DNA of 64,000 bases from the human T2T-CHM13v2.0 reference genome, Homo sapiens (GCF_009914755.1 NC_060940.1), one strand, 5' to 3'; shown: positions 1 to 14,569, counted from the stretch's first letter. The notes: generated by a model not told the origin, from the sequence alone. Made by a program: numbers and translations.

Positions 1-60
1 CTTTTATGGGAGATAATACTGAGGTTAAGAGGTTAAGCAACTTGCTCAGGTCACGCAGCA
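1..60 (-). mobile_element. MIR core fragment
   Basis: actgaggttaagaggttaagcaacttgctcaggtcacgcagc resembles the reverse complement of the MIR core. Confidence 0.7.
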
Positions 61-192
61 ATTTATAATATAACAAGATATTTATGAGTAAAACATATAT
101 GAACTAATTATATATCTGATAGTCGTTTTTAAGGAGGAAGAAGTTACCATAAGAAAAAGAAAAACAGGACTTGGGTGTTATACCATGAATCA

Positions 193-195
<3 letters not shown>

Positions 196-231
<36 letters not shown>
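196..231. repeat. (GT)n microsatellite, ~18 units
   Basis: Seen directly. Confidence 0.97.
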
Positions 232-235
<4 letters not shown>

Positions 236-347
236 TAATTTTTTCAGCAAATTAAAAACAAAGCCTAAGAAAAATGAGAACTTCCTGAACAAAAATATTC
301 AAAATGATGACTAACTAGAAAGTATCAGAAACCACATTTTCCTTAAC

Positions 348-656
348 CAGTACTGTCTCATACAAATATAACATAAGTCACACAAGTAAGTTTAAATTTT
401 CTAGTAGGTGCATCAAAAAAGCAAAAAGAACCAGGTAAAATTAATTTTAATAATGTACTTTAACCCATATCTAAAATGTGACTTCATTGTATAATCAATA
501 TGATAAATTATTCACATATTTGACCTTTTTTTACTAAGTTGTTAGAATCCAGTGTGTATTTATTTTGCACTTGTGGCATGTCTCGATTAGGACGAGCCAC
601 ATTTCAAATGCTTAGTAACCACACATGGCTACTGGCTACAGCATTGTACAGTGTGG
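348..656 (+). mobile_element. MER33 (hAT-Charlie) non-autonomous DNA transposon
   Basis: Follows the recalled MER33 consensus end to end: cagtactgtc...aaattttctagtag...gagccacatttcaaatgcttagtaaccacacatggctactggcta...acagtgtgg. Confidence 0.85.
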
Positions 657-800
657 CAAAAGTTTCTCTCCTTTTTCTCTTTTCCCAGGCTCTGTTGAAA
701 TTTTTCTTTCAGAAAAATATTTAAATAGGATATACTCTGACTTTGAAAAAATACACATATGTGTATGTTTATATAAGTATATGAATATATACATGCATAT

Positions 801-875
801 TTCTATCTATCTACCTGTCTAATATCTGTCATCGATCTATCTACCTACCTACCTACCTGTACATCTATCTCTCTA
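801..875. repeat. Degenerate (TCTA)/(ACCT) tetranucleotide repeat
   Basis: ctatctatctacctg...ctacctacctacctacc. Confidence 0.7.
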
Positions 876-1365
876 GAGATCTTCTCCACAAAAGCAAGGA
901 AAGAGAATCTCTGACACTATATTTTCTTAATGAAGTTGGAGAAGTTTTTGCAGTTCTCATTATTTCATTTCAGGCTTTCAGATGTTCAGGAGCCCTTTAC
1001 TAGAAGGTTGATAGATTAATAATCTCCCCACTAAGCTTATAGCTTAGCAGACCTCCATGGTGGCCATGATGAGGATTCCTTTAACACATGATTGGCCCTT
1101 AGTCCCCATTTCTCTGGTGTGAGTTTTCAGCTTTTGTTACCACATCAAAGCTCCGGCAATTTGTGCAGGAAACCCCTTGAAGCAATCATGAACCCACTTG
1201 TACTGTAAGAGTTCTTACTTCCATGTCCTAAAAGAATAATAACCACAAAAGGATATTTCCTTGCTAATGGACTGGGGAGAATGGACTGTGACAAAGGCTG
1301 GTTTCTCATTGCCAGGATTTTAATGAGGGGACTCACCTGAAAATGTCTAGTGCACATTAGGCTCT

Positions 1366-1809
1366 TCTAATAGTTTCCGAGAGCTGGAGTAACAGATTAC
1401 CACTAACTCAAATGGCTTAAAACAACAGAAATGTGTTTTCTCACAGTTCTAGTGGTTAGAATTCCATATTCATGGTTTCGGCAGGGCTGTACTCCCTCCG
1501 AAGGCTCCAGGGGAGGATCCTTCCCCACCCCTTCCTAGATGCTGGTGGCTCCTGGCAGTCCTTGGCATTCCCTGCAGGTGCATCTTGCCAACCTCTGCTT
1601 CCATTGTCTCATGACCTCCTCTTCTGCCTCTCTGTCTGTGTGTCCTCATGTGTTTTTGTAAGGACACCAGTCTTTGAGTTTAGAGCCTACCCTAATCTAA
1701 AATGACCGTAACTTTGTCACATCTGCAAAGGCCTTATTTCCAAATAAGGTTGCATTCTGAGGTTCTGGATGAACATGGATTTTGGGGAGGCATCATTTAA
1801 CCCAGAGCA
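1366..1809 (-). mobile_element. MLT1 (MLT1B/C-like) solo LTR, ERVL-MaLR
   Basis: ggcttaaaacaacagaaat...ctcacagttct...aaggacaccagtc...acatctgcaaagg.cttatttccaaataaggt are typical of a reversed MLT1. Confidence 0.85.
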
Positions 1810-3450
1810 ACTGTCACTAAAATTTTCCTACCAAGATCCCTTACTCTAGTTTAATTGGCCTCTTATTCAAGGCCTACTCCATAAGTTATTTTGGAATATA
1901 GAATTTCAGAACAGAAATGGGATCTGATGATTGCCTAGTTCAGTGGAACCCTTTCTTTAAATGGAAATTTAGTCACAGTAAAGGACAGAAAAGAACGCGA
2001 ACCAAAGCTTAGGTGATATGTTTGCAGGAGGAAGGGGTGGCCCACAGTGACCCCCGCTGCCCCCTCCTCTTTACCCCTCACTAGGCTCCCGGAAGACTTC
2101 CAGAGCATCCCAAGGGCTCCACAAACCCCTGTTTAATCATAATCCCTTTACTGTAGGGATTAAAAACTACTGTTTAGGGAGATATAGTGAATTTTCCCAA
2201 GTCACACTGCAACTTGAATCTGAGGCTTGACCCATCTATGAAATATCCAAACTGTCGGTCCATTCATTTCTGCATTACCAACAATGGTCAGTTATATATT
2301 TTTCTTTGAGAAGAGAAAAGCAAAACAGTCCATGCTTGCAATTCTTTTCTTCCTTTTTGTAAACTATGACAGAAAATTCATGGTGAGGCCAAAGCCATGA
2401 CAACACCTGTGTTGCCTCACATTGATTTTCTGTTTCCAACTGGAGGAAGAGGTTCCCGGAACAGCCACTTTTGAGTCAAGTGTGTGAGGAAGGAGTCTCT
2501 CTTGCCAAGGACTGCTGTAGATGATTCCTGCATAGCCAGCGCTGTGCAGGGCCTCCACTTGAGTGAGCACTCTGTTCCCATTCTATTTCTCACTAGTATT
2601 TTGAGTATGTTCCCCCCAAAGTAGAGATAGTATGTCTTTGAATGCAAACCATGGGCTGAGCCCTCCAAATTACTTTTAAAAAATTAGCTTCTTCAAAAAA
2701 TTTTTTTCCACTTCCCTACTGTCTTAAATATACTGGTGCTTCTGCCCTAAGACCTTTCAGGAAAGGTACATGTTCTACCTGATTTACAACAATAGGTTAT
2801 TCTGGGTAAATAATATATCTGTTGGATTTATTGTGCTTATTATTTTATTGGACCACACTATCCTTAACCTAGAGAAGAAGCTTGAGGAAAGGAGCTAGGG
2901 TCAGGCAGAAGACAGGTATGTTTTGAAATAAGAAAGGAAAAGGAAAACGTCTGGAACCTTGACATTCCACAGGATATTGTCCCATGAATACAAAAGGTGA
3001 TGGGTAGCTAGAACCTGAGGGAGGAGGTGCCTTCTTTTGGAATTAAAATTCCAGAATGTTCTGGAAAGTGCCAGATGCAAGACCAAGTAGGACCAGCTAG
3101 TAATGGAAATTCCTCCCATATTGACAAGGTTGATGAACACATGGTGGGTGCAGCTCATGGAACACTGGGAGGTCAAAAGCGGTCTCAGTTACCTTTGTAC
3201 AATGGACATGGCACCCCAGGTTAACACAGGGGCCACCTGCCCAGCAGGCATGGGCATCAGATGAAGGCATTTTTTAAACACCTTATTTAACAATTCAGAG
3301 TCTAGATACGAGTACATTCTCATTTTAAATAGTTCAGAAAAACAGATATTCCCTTTTCCTCCTTCCAAACATATTCTTCCCTTAGAGGCAACCAACATTA
3401 TTAGTTTAATGAATCACTTTCCAGACCTTTCTCTCACATTTAGGTACATA

Positions 3451-4009
3451 CAATCACCCCTCGGTATCTGTGGGGGCCAAAATCCAGAAACCTCTGTGAA
3501 TACCAAAATCTGCAGATACTCAAGTCTCTTTTATAATATAGTGTAATGTTTGCGTAAAACCTAGGCACATTCTCCCTATACGGTTGACCCTTGAACTACA
3601 TGGGTTTGAACTGAATGGCTCCACTTATCCACATGTTTTTACCAAATGGCAAATTGAAAATACAGTATTCATAAGATATAAAACCTGCATATAAGGAGGG
3701 TCACTTTTTCATACACAAGGGTTCCACGGGGCTGACTGTGGGGCTTGAGTATGCATGGGTCAGGGTATATATGTGGGGGTCCTGAAACCAATCTTCTCCA
3801 TATACAGAGGGACAACTATACTTTAAATCATCTCTAGATTACTTACGATATGTAATACAATGTAAATACTTTGTAAATAGTTGTACTGTATTTTAAAATT
3901 TGTATTATGTTTTATAGTTGCATTGTTATTTTTATTGTTTTAAACAATATTTTCAATCCATGATTGGTCAAATTCACAGATGTGGAACCCACAGAAACTG
4001 AGGACTGAC

Positions 4010-4011
<2 letters not shown>
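3451..4011 (+). mobile_element. MER2 (TcMar-Tigger), split by a MER8 insertion
   Basis: Start caatcacccctcggtatctgtggggg, resumes with ctttaaatcatctctagattactta, ends gaggactgactg; flanked by TA. Confidence 0.8.
3581..3818 (-). mobile_element. MER8 (Tigger2-related MITE) nested in MER2
   Basis: cggttgacccttgaactacatgggtttgaactg...gagggacaacta, with TA on both sides (3579-80, 3819-20). Confidence 0.8.

Positions 4012-4015
<4 letters not shown>

Positions 4016-4052
<37 letters not shown>
4016..4052. repeat. (TG)n microsatellite
   Basis: Seen directly. Confidence 0.97.
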
Positions 4053-4055
<3 letters not shown>

Positions 4056-4218
4056 CACGTAGAATTTTGTGATCTAGAAGTGTTAAATATAAGAGGTAAT
4101 TATGTGAGGTAAATAAAATGTGTGCGTTAAATATAACAGGAATACTACTATATGAATTTTTCTGAAATTTGTGTTTTAACATTTTAAGTTGTTTTTAACT
4201 ATTCTTTGGTACGGACAT

Positions 4219-4576
4219 TGTATTAGTCTGTTCTCATGCTGCTGATAAAGCCATACCCGAGACTGGGTAATTTATAAAGAAAATAGTTTTAACTGACTAA
4301 CAGTTCCACATGGCTGGGGAGACCTCACAGTCATGGCGGAAGGCAAATGAGGAGCAACGTCACATCTTTTGTGGTGGCAGGCAAGAGAGCTCATGCATGG
4401 GAACTCCCATTTGTAAAACCACCGGATCTCATGAGATGAGGGGAACAGCATGAGAAAGACCCAACCCCATGATTCAATTACCTCCCACCGGGTTCCTCCC
4501 ACAACACATGAGAATTATGGGAGATCTCATCTTATTCAAGATGAGATCTGGGTGGGGACACAGCCAAACGATATCA
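4219..4576 (-). mobile_element. THE1 (B/C-like) solo LTR
   Basis: tgtattagtctgttctcatgctgctgataaag...gggacacagccaaacgatatca; TG..CA ends; 5-bp flanks gacat/gatgt. Confidence 0.9.
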
Positions 4577-4684
4577 GATGTACTTCGCATATCATGTATA
4601 GATGAGAAAACAGGCATTTCTTCCCAATTTTTGCCCATACACATGTGGTGGACATTTTTCATGTGCACCAATATCTGGTCCTTT

Positions 4685-5043
4685 TCTGCTTCCTGGTTAC
4701 AAGAGGTTTTATTAATACCTTCCCTCCCTGCCTTCTTGGAGTTAGCTGTGGCCATGCCACTGGATCTGACCACTGAAATGTACTTGGAAGTAGTGGCATG
4801 CGACCCTTCTCAGCCAAAGTATACAATTGCCGGTGTTCAATTCTCCACCCCTCTTTACGCATCCCATCAAATGCCGATGTCTGAGTCATCTGTGTCCCTG
4901 GGTGTCTATGCTCATCAGAATCCTGCTGCTGACCTGCATGCAGCATGTGGCACAGGCAAGAATTAAACCCTTGTTGTTTGACATCATGCAGACTTTGGAA
5001 CTACTTGTCATCACTACATAATCCAGCCTATTCTGGCCGATAC
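4685..5043 (+). mobile_element. Old MLT1 (I/J-like) LTR
   Basis: gttagctgtggccatg...gcaagaattaaacccttgttgttt...cataatccagcctattctggccgatac. Confidence 0.6.
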
Positions 5044-6254
5044 TCATAGCTATGAGCAGCCTTGTACATGCTTCTCTCTGCACCTGTGATGACATTTCTC
5101 CAGTAATGAATGTCTATTGAAAAGTTAAAACATTAAATTGCTTTTAAAGTACCTTCTTATCCCTCCAGCCCCTACCTTTTGTCCCTAGGCTCCTCTGCAT
5201 CTGTTGACTTTAGATTTTTTTTGTATTATTTATTCATGTTTTATTAGATAAATATCTTCCCCAGACAAACCTTGAACTCCCTGGAGTCAACCGATTCCCT
5301 TGCCCAAGCCTCTGGTGTTAGTGATTGTTTCATTAAACTCTAGTCTCAAGGCTAATCCTTGTTGGAAAATTCGTTCTGTCCTATAAGAAGGCTCCCAGGC
5401 TCCTAGTCTCAAACCACTAAACAGGCCGCACAGGTGTTTAGTGGTACTTATTGGTGGCCATGTGACATTGTTATTTCTCTTTGCATATTTCTCATATGAT
5501 TCACAGTGTTTAAAAGGATTACCTTTTTGGTTTTGGAGGTGCAGATTTAGAGAATGGGATTTCCAAAGCCATATTGTCCCTTTCAGAGCACAGTGAGGGT
5601 GTTCTTTCTTACCCAGAGGGTCAACAGTGCCACAGGCTTGCCAGTGGATGAGTTTAATCAACTCTGACTGTGTGGCCAGTGAGCAAAGAACATGACAGGG
5701 GTTTCTTTGAGGTGAGCAATGCCCTCCGCCAGAACCTAGAAGTAGGGTAATGATGCTGAGGTTGGTGTACACTCAGAACTCAGTACTGCCGCAGAGTAAG
5801 GCAGACCCATCCCACCTGGGCTGTAGCTCCCACGATGGTGAGTCCCTAGATCGTAAGTTGATGGGAAGCATAAGAAGGTCAGAACCAAACCAGAGCTTTG
5901 AGCGTTCTCTCACTGCATTCCATAGTTTCCCCGAGCGCTGAAATTCTTTGCAACTTCCATTCATTTGCACATCTCATCTGGCTGTAAGGCATAATGTGGT
6001 CTGTGTGAAAAAGAAACTTCTGCAAAAGAGTCAGATTCAGAGTTTATGGCAACATCAAGGAATAGTTTATCAGTTCAGCTGAGTATAACCACTTGATTTA
6101 GCACTTCCTTTTCATCATGCCTCTCCCCTCATCACAAAACTGCAAAGGCTCCCTGTGACATCCAAAGCCTCTTTGTCTTTCCCTGTTTAGGAAAAAGTGA
6201 CCTAGAGGGAACTCTGCAGGGGCTACATACGGAATCTTGATGTTGCCTCCTGCC

Positions 6255-6372
6255 TGCTGTACTGTCCTGGTTAAATCCTTCCTCTTCTCTAACTCTGTGT
6301 CTCCATCTGTAAAATGGGGATGGTAATAGAGCCTATCCTGCAGGATAATTGTCAGGATTAAAAGAGTTAACC
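6255..6372 (+). mobile_element. MIR
   Basis: ctccatctgtaaaatggggatggtaatagagcctatcctgcaggataattgtcaggattaaa. Confidence 0.8.
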
Positions 6373-7442
6373 CAAAACAGATAATAAGGGGTTCTGAAGA
6401 TCCACCAGGAGCCTCACTCAGACACCTTGATGCAGACAGCACCTGGTAAACATGGGTGTTCAGAAGTATGGTCCTTCCCTTACGGCCCCTTACTCAATGG
6501 CCATCCATTGTCTGCTGAGCCTAGGTCCCTCACACCTATGCCCCAGGCTCCTGTCCTGGAATCCTGGCTTTTACCACCAAATTCCCCAAAAGCCCCGTGA
6601 GTGGCTGTTTTGAGCTGAGGGCACCTGCTCCTACTGGCTTCCTGGAGCCTTAGACGCACCCAGTGCTCTGGACCTCCCACACCTTGTTGAACCACCCGGC
6701 ACTTCCTGACTCCTCTCCTGAACCTCATGTGCTTGTGACCCACGATTCAGCCACTGTCTAACCAGCTCTTCCGTGTGCAGCCCTCAGAGCCCCAGCTCCC
6801 ACGGCTCTAATTCCACGGCCGCCCCTGCCGTCTCCTCAGCCATCCCATCCCGCCATCACCATGGAAACCTGTGGGAACAGCAGCTTTTCCTCATCCTCTT
6901 CTCCCCTTAATCTCCAGCCCACTCCTCCTCCCTCTTCTTGTCTGTGTCCTTCCCCTGAGACATGTTCAAATGTTGTTTCTGCATGTTAATATGTTGCTTT
7001 TCACACATCTTATTTTCTTAACTATTTAGTGAATTCATCATGGCGGAGGGAGTGAGCACGAATGGACTCTGTCATACTTCACAGAAATTAAACCTGAGCC
7101 AGCTAAATATCCTTTCCTGCTCCATTCTAAACCTTTATGGGTCTCCACAATAACCAGTAACTCCATGGTTGTAGAGTTCAGATAATCATGACATAAATGT
7201 AGGAATGAAGGCAAACAGGCCGGCCCTTCCCCCAGATGACTGGGGTCTTCCCAGCTGGTGTAAAACCCTCTTCTAGGTCAAAACATTTCTTAAAGTAAAT
7301 GAGTGATGACTATGACAGGTGGGAAAGTACATAAAATAATGTGATTGAAATACTCTTAGTTGGTTCTGCTCCATTGACCCTAGGGAGGAAGAAACAACTA
7401 ATTTGTGCTTTCTGTTATTGCATTGAAAGAGAGTGGTGACTC

Positions 7443-7811
<369 letters not shown>

Positions 7812-8489
7812 TCAAAATCCATGAGATTGGGAATGGGATTGGGAATCTCATTATTTGCATTAATGTATGAGACTCTCTGAGTAAGTGTTGGTTTAAGTAA
7901 ATTTTTTTCTTAAAAAACTCAGTAGAAATGGAACTCAGATTTTAAAATGGACTTTAAAATGGTCTAAAAAGTGTTTCTAGGTACAAAATGAATTGGAGTT
8001 TACCTATTTTTTCCAAAGGGCAGGTAGCAGGTCTGAAGTGAGAGAGGGAAACGTTCGATGCTGCGTTGTTCTGGGAGATGTGAGCCGCCGGCTCATTCAG
8101 AATGTGCAGGGATGTCCATTCCCACAGGAGCATGTGTCGTTCAGCCAGGTGCATGTTTTACCTTGATCTACTGTGCTTGGAGCCTTTTCTTTCCCAGATC
8201 TAGGTCTGATACCTGCCCCTCCTCCTTACCCTGGACTGTAATTAAAGGGAATATGTGGAAATCCAGGCCACAACTATTTTACTTTCTGTGAATAAGGCCA
8301 TCAAGTTGATGGCTTGTTACTGTGGGTCGATGGGTCAAACATGAGGCAATTTGGGGAAACAGCCTAAGGTGGCTATACCACAGAGGCCAGCAGAGCAGGT
8401 AACCAGGCACAAGATGTGATCGCTGACGAGAGAGCTGCTGTGACAGAGTAAGGAGTGCATGGGGAGGAGGGACCACTGAGGTTTGTCTG

Positions 8490-8720
8490 CGTGTGGGTAC
8501 CCCATGCGCAGATCCTCAACAGCCGTTCCAAGGAAGTAGTCATTTGGGAGATGAAGGGGGTGCAGGTAGAGGAGTGGGGGATTGAGACAGGGAGGGGAAG
8601 CCACCTAGCTAGTGAGGTTTGTGTAGCAAGAAGGTAACCACTCGGAGCACCTGGAGTTTAATCCTTAAGGAGACTGCTGAGAAACAGAGTGGTGCACACT
8701 TAGGGTTATTTTACTGAGAG
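8490..8720 (-). mobile_element. LTR33-like ERVL LTR fragment
   Basis: gagtgggggattgagacagggagggg...cctggagtttaatcctt...cacacttagggttat; same motifs as the copies at 33378 and 48734. Confidence 0.55.
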
Positions 8721-9029
8721 GCAGGAGATGTAGACAGCGCTGGGGGATGTAGACACCACTTGTTAAAATCTGGCAGAAGAGAATTTAGAGAAGAAAGGTA
8801 TTGCTGTGTGGTAAGAGCAATGACTTGGTCAGGATGAGGGTGGGCATGGAGCTCTGAGGAAGGGACGTACAGAAACCAGGACAGAACTCTAGCCATTATC
8901 TCCTTTCTTCTAGCGATCTGACAAGGTCCTGCTAGATCCTTCACTAGACTCTAGGGCAGGCTTCTACTTAGTACAACTGATACCACCGCCATGCAGCCAT
9001 CATGGCCCCTCCCAGGGCCCATTTGTTAG

Positions 9030-9235
9030 TAATAATAATAATAATGCTTAAGAAGCATTGAGTCCTAACTGTGTGTCCTATAAACTATCATAACCCGTAT
9101 AGTCTTCATAAAGATGCCTTCAAGGAGACACTCTTATTATCCCCATTTTACAGGGAGAAAAAAATGAGCCTACGTTCAGCAATTTTAAGCAAATTTTCTA
9201 TTGTCGCATGACTAGTAAATAGTGGAATAGGCCAG
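9030..9235 (-). mobile_element. MIR
   Basis: ttattatccccattttacag...actagtaaatagtgg. Confidence 0.7.
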
Positions 9236-10204
9236 TTTTGTTTTTTCACCTTGACTGACTGCAAATGTCTCAGTCATGATTCCTGACCATCTTCTAACCC
9301 TCTAAGGACCCAGACACTCCTAAGTAGTTAAAGAGTCTGACGTTATCAATCAATGGAAATATTTTCAAAAGGTAAAGAGAAAAGAAATTAAAGTTATGAT
9401 GATCTTTTAAGGCAAATCCTGCTTTCTTGAAGCTTGGTCAGCCCTGGCACAGGCAAAAGTGCATGTCATTTCAAGGCATGGGGCAGGTGAAATGGAACAC
9501 GGCTGTCCTGGCGTCCACAACTCACAGGAGAGTGGAGAATGTGGAAGTTACATGCTCCATTTAGACATCAGTGTTCTCTACTACAAAATCGTTTCTGCAG
9601 TTCATTAATCAGACTCTCCAAATTTGTTTAACTCATTATTTATAACAGCATTAAATCCAGTGACACCAAACGGTGTCACCATGAGTATCAGGAAGTCTGA
9701 TTTTAATCCTCAGAAAATGTGTTCAATGTCTTTCCCTCCCTCCTCCACACTTAACAGGGACAGTGAATGGAAGCCAGTGTTAAATTTGCACGATGTGCAG
9801 TGGTCTAAACTTTCACTGAATCCTAATCAACTTAATATCCTGTTGCCTTTTTGAAATCCAGTGATGAAATGTAACCCTGAGACAGCTTAAACAGAACTCA
9901 AGCCTGGATGCTCTCTGCAAAATGGTCTAATTTGGTGGTTATAGCGCTAGTATTGTATGTACAATGATCAAATCCTGTGTTTTCAATTGTCCTTTTTATG
10001 GTCAATCAAGGCGGTCTTAGGATATAGATTTAATATCGCAAGAGTCTAATGTAACAGGCTAATGCATGCCCTCCAGTTACAGGGAGAATGTCTTTTTGTG
10101 ACAGTGGTTCTCTGGGTACGTCTTACAGGCTTCTATTTTTGAACTTGACTCCAAGGGCCAAAGCAGCACATTTTGGAAATGGTTTTGTAAACTGTAACGA
10201 AGGT

Positions 10205-10328
10205 ATCTTTCTTCAGCAGCTTCCTGCCCAAAGACGCCAGAGTGCTTTACAAACTTATCAAACTGATATACAGGGATCGTTTTAGCCTCTGCTGAAATAC
10301 AGGGGCCCAGGGGGGAAACTACAGTCAT
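10205..10328 (-). mobile_element. Probable AmnSINE1 3' fragment (ancient amniote SINE)
   Basis: Minus strand reads ctgtatttcagcagaggctaaaacgatccctgtatat...gtttgtaaagcactctggcgtctttgggcaggaagctgct; recalled AmnSINE1 reads CTGCATTTCAGTGGTGGGTGAAGTGATCCCTGTATAT..GTTTGTAAAGCGCTTTGGGATCCTTCGGGATGAAAGGCGCT. Confidence 0.6.
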
Positions 10329-10893
10329 TAGTGAAAAATCTTAGATTGTCAGGTCGACAGGAGGAGGGAGAGTGTACAGCACCTAAAATATCCTCCCAAA
10401 CTGGATGGCATGTCCCAAGGGCTGTGGTCTTATCTACTGCCTGCTGCAGGTGACGTTTGTGAAAGGGGTCCTGTGAGTTTTGATGATTGTCTCTCTTAGA
10501 CATGCTGGTAATACAGCTCCTTGTAAAGCTGATTCTTCCCTTGGATTTGCTCATCTCATATCAGAGACTTTAAGGTACCCTCTGGCATACACCCTCTACA
10601 AAATAGGCATGTTGCATTTTTTGGCATACTAGACCATCAGAAGGGGAACTGCTATATCACAGCCTCTGGAATCCTGGCTAACTACAGGGAAGAGATGTCT
10701 GAATTATAGCAGAACATGAAAGAAGGCAGCTTGTGCTTTAAAGGAGGTGTTCAAAGCATGTCTGAGCAGAGACTTTTGGGCTCTGTTTTAATTAATACTT
10801 TAAAATAATTCATATTTAAAATATCAGATGTTTCCATAAAGAGGAGGATGTTTAAATGCCTCCAGACTACATTCCTTTTTATTCTTGATTTTA

Positions 10894-11421
<528 letters not shown>

Positions 11422-12388
11422 TCATAAAGCCCAGTAGCATATTCGGGAGGTTTATGAGAACATATCAATAATTTTTATGTTTGTTAAAATATTTTAAACA
11501 ATATTTTTATGTTTGTTAAAATATTTAGTTGTAGTTTATCTTAATTTTAATTTTGAAGTAACAGAGCAGGAGACCTAAAAAATATTCCCTACTAGGAGAT
11601 AGTTGTGGAATATATAGCATTTGTATTTCTACATTTTTATGTGACACATTTAGGTGTTCCTTAAATAAAATGAAGTTGACCAAAGTTCTGGTTAGTATGT
11701 AGCAAACTAAAATTATGTGAAAATATCCAAAGCCTTAACAGAGCTAGGATATTCCCGCATCCACACTCACACAGCTACTCACTGTAAAAGTGATCGTTGA
11801 CAAACATAAGGAGGCAAATAAAAGGGCATAGCCTTTGTCTTTTAAACCACTGTGACAGGAAAAGTTATGGGGAGTGGGTCAGTGAGGAAGGAAGTCTGAA
11901 CATTGCTGCATTCAACAGAGAAAGTAAATGAAAGGAAGACGCTTACAAATAAGAGAGAAGAAAGGACCGCATTAACTCTAAAGAAGGGGCTAGCAGGTCC
12001 TGTGGAGCCGATGGGGCAGTGCAAAAGCCTGACCATGCTGGTCTCCATTGGGTGGGTCCAATGGAAGAACGCTCAGGGTTACGTCAGGAAGGTGCCCTAG
12101 TTTTGGGGAAAGAACATTTCAACTCAGGTTCAGAGGAAAATTTAGATATGTTAAAACTTTAGATAAGTTAATAGACAGGGCAGAAATGAAAGAAAGAAAG
12201 ATTCTTCACAGGGAAGTCCTGGCTATCTAACTGTGAAAACCTGAAAGATAGTTGAGAAAGGCAAGAGAGGCAAGAAGGAGTGGAAATGAGGGGGATTCAG
12301 TGAGACATACGCAAAGAAAGGGAGAGAATAAAATGATACATTCAAAGAAGCGTATTGTGACAAAATGTGAACTTCTCTAATAAACTCA

Positions 12389-12757
<369 letters not shown>

Positions 12758-12959
12758 TCACAAGTGTATGGGATCCTAAAGCTTCCTGACAATTGCAAAT
12801 GTTAAATAAGCCAAAGATCACAAAAAGAGGTTTGTTTTGGCAGTTGTGCACAGACCTGCTGCGAGGCAGCTGGTGCCCTGGTAAAAGGCGGCAGAGCAAA
12901 TGCAGAACCACACAGGTGCCGGGTACCTCCTTTCTATGGTCAAAGAAAATAATCATCAC

Positions 12960-13190
12960 CCTGCAAAAGGGTTGGACAAATATAAATAGGAGAAAATTGA
13001 AATCCAAGATAGTTGAGAAGATTATAAGTGTATCCTACTGATTTAAACGAGTTCACATCTATGAAACTAGATGAATTATTTCTCACAGAAGACACAGAGA
13101 AAATGGTGATTAGAATCTCTGCACCAGTTTCTGTGATTTTTTTGACACATCATGAAGATGAGAGGTGAGTAGACAGCAGATGGGCAGGGC
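12960..13190 (+). mobile_element. CR1/L3 LINE ORF2 remnant
   Basis: aaattgaaatccaagatag...ttaaacgagttcacatct...gatgaattat...gtgatttttttgacacatcatg resembles the L3 segment encoding LNEFKSPGPDELHP...SVIFEKSW. Confidence 0.5.
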
Positions 13191-13209
13191 CAGCATGGTT
13201 TTTGTCTGG

Positions 13210-13975
<766 letters not shown>

Positions 13976-13979
13976 TTTA

Positions 13980-14451
13980 CTTTTTAAACTGTTATTTTAG
14001 ATTCAGGAGAATATATGCAGGTTAGTTATATAGGTAAACTCATGTCATAGAGATTTGTTGTACAGATTATGTGATCAGCCTCGTACTAAGCCTAGTATCC
14101 AATAGTTATTTTTTTCTGATCCTCTTTCTCCTCCCACCCTCCACCCTCAAATAGGTCCCAGTGTCTGTTGTTTCCCCTTTGTGTCCATGTATTCTCATCA
14201 TTTAGCTCCAACTTATAAGTGAGAACTTGTGGTATTTGGTTTTCTGTTCTTGTGTTAGCTTGCTAAGGATGATGGCCTCCAGCTCCATCTGTGTTCCTGA
14301 AAAGGTCATGATCTTGTTCTTTTCTATGGCTGCATAATACTCCACAGTGTACTTGTACCACATTTTCTTTATCCAGCTCACCATTGATGGGCATTTAGTT
14401 TGATTCCATGTTTATTGTGAATAGTGCTATAGTGAACATATGTGTGCATGT
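13980..14451 (-). mobile_element. L1PA (PA13-16-like) 5'-truncated 3' end
   Basis: ctcctcccaccctccaccctcaaatagg...cttataagtgagaac; ORF 14202-14384 matches the L1 ORF2 C-terminus (WIKKMWY.YT.EYYAAI...MELEAIILSKLTQEQKTKY). Confidence 0.9.
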
Positions 14452-14569
14452 GGCCAACATTTTAAAAGAAATGGAGAAGGTAAGTTCTGGAAACTGGTAG
14501 CAGAACTTAAGCCGCCGTATAATTCTGAACAGATCCATCTGTTCGTCATCATTCATCTACTCTAAATCC

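Noticed and set aside
6640-6950. C-rich stretch with a few CpGs as a CpG-island promoter
   Set aside because: Too short and too CpG-poor; no supporting promoter structure.
7821-7860. Inverted repeat atgagatt/aatctcat around GGG runs, next to an octamer
   Set aside because: Only three G runs, and 8-bp arms are expected by chance.
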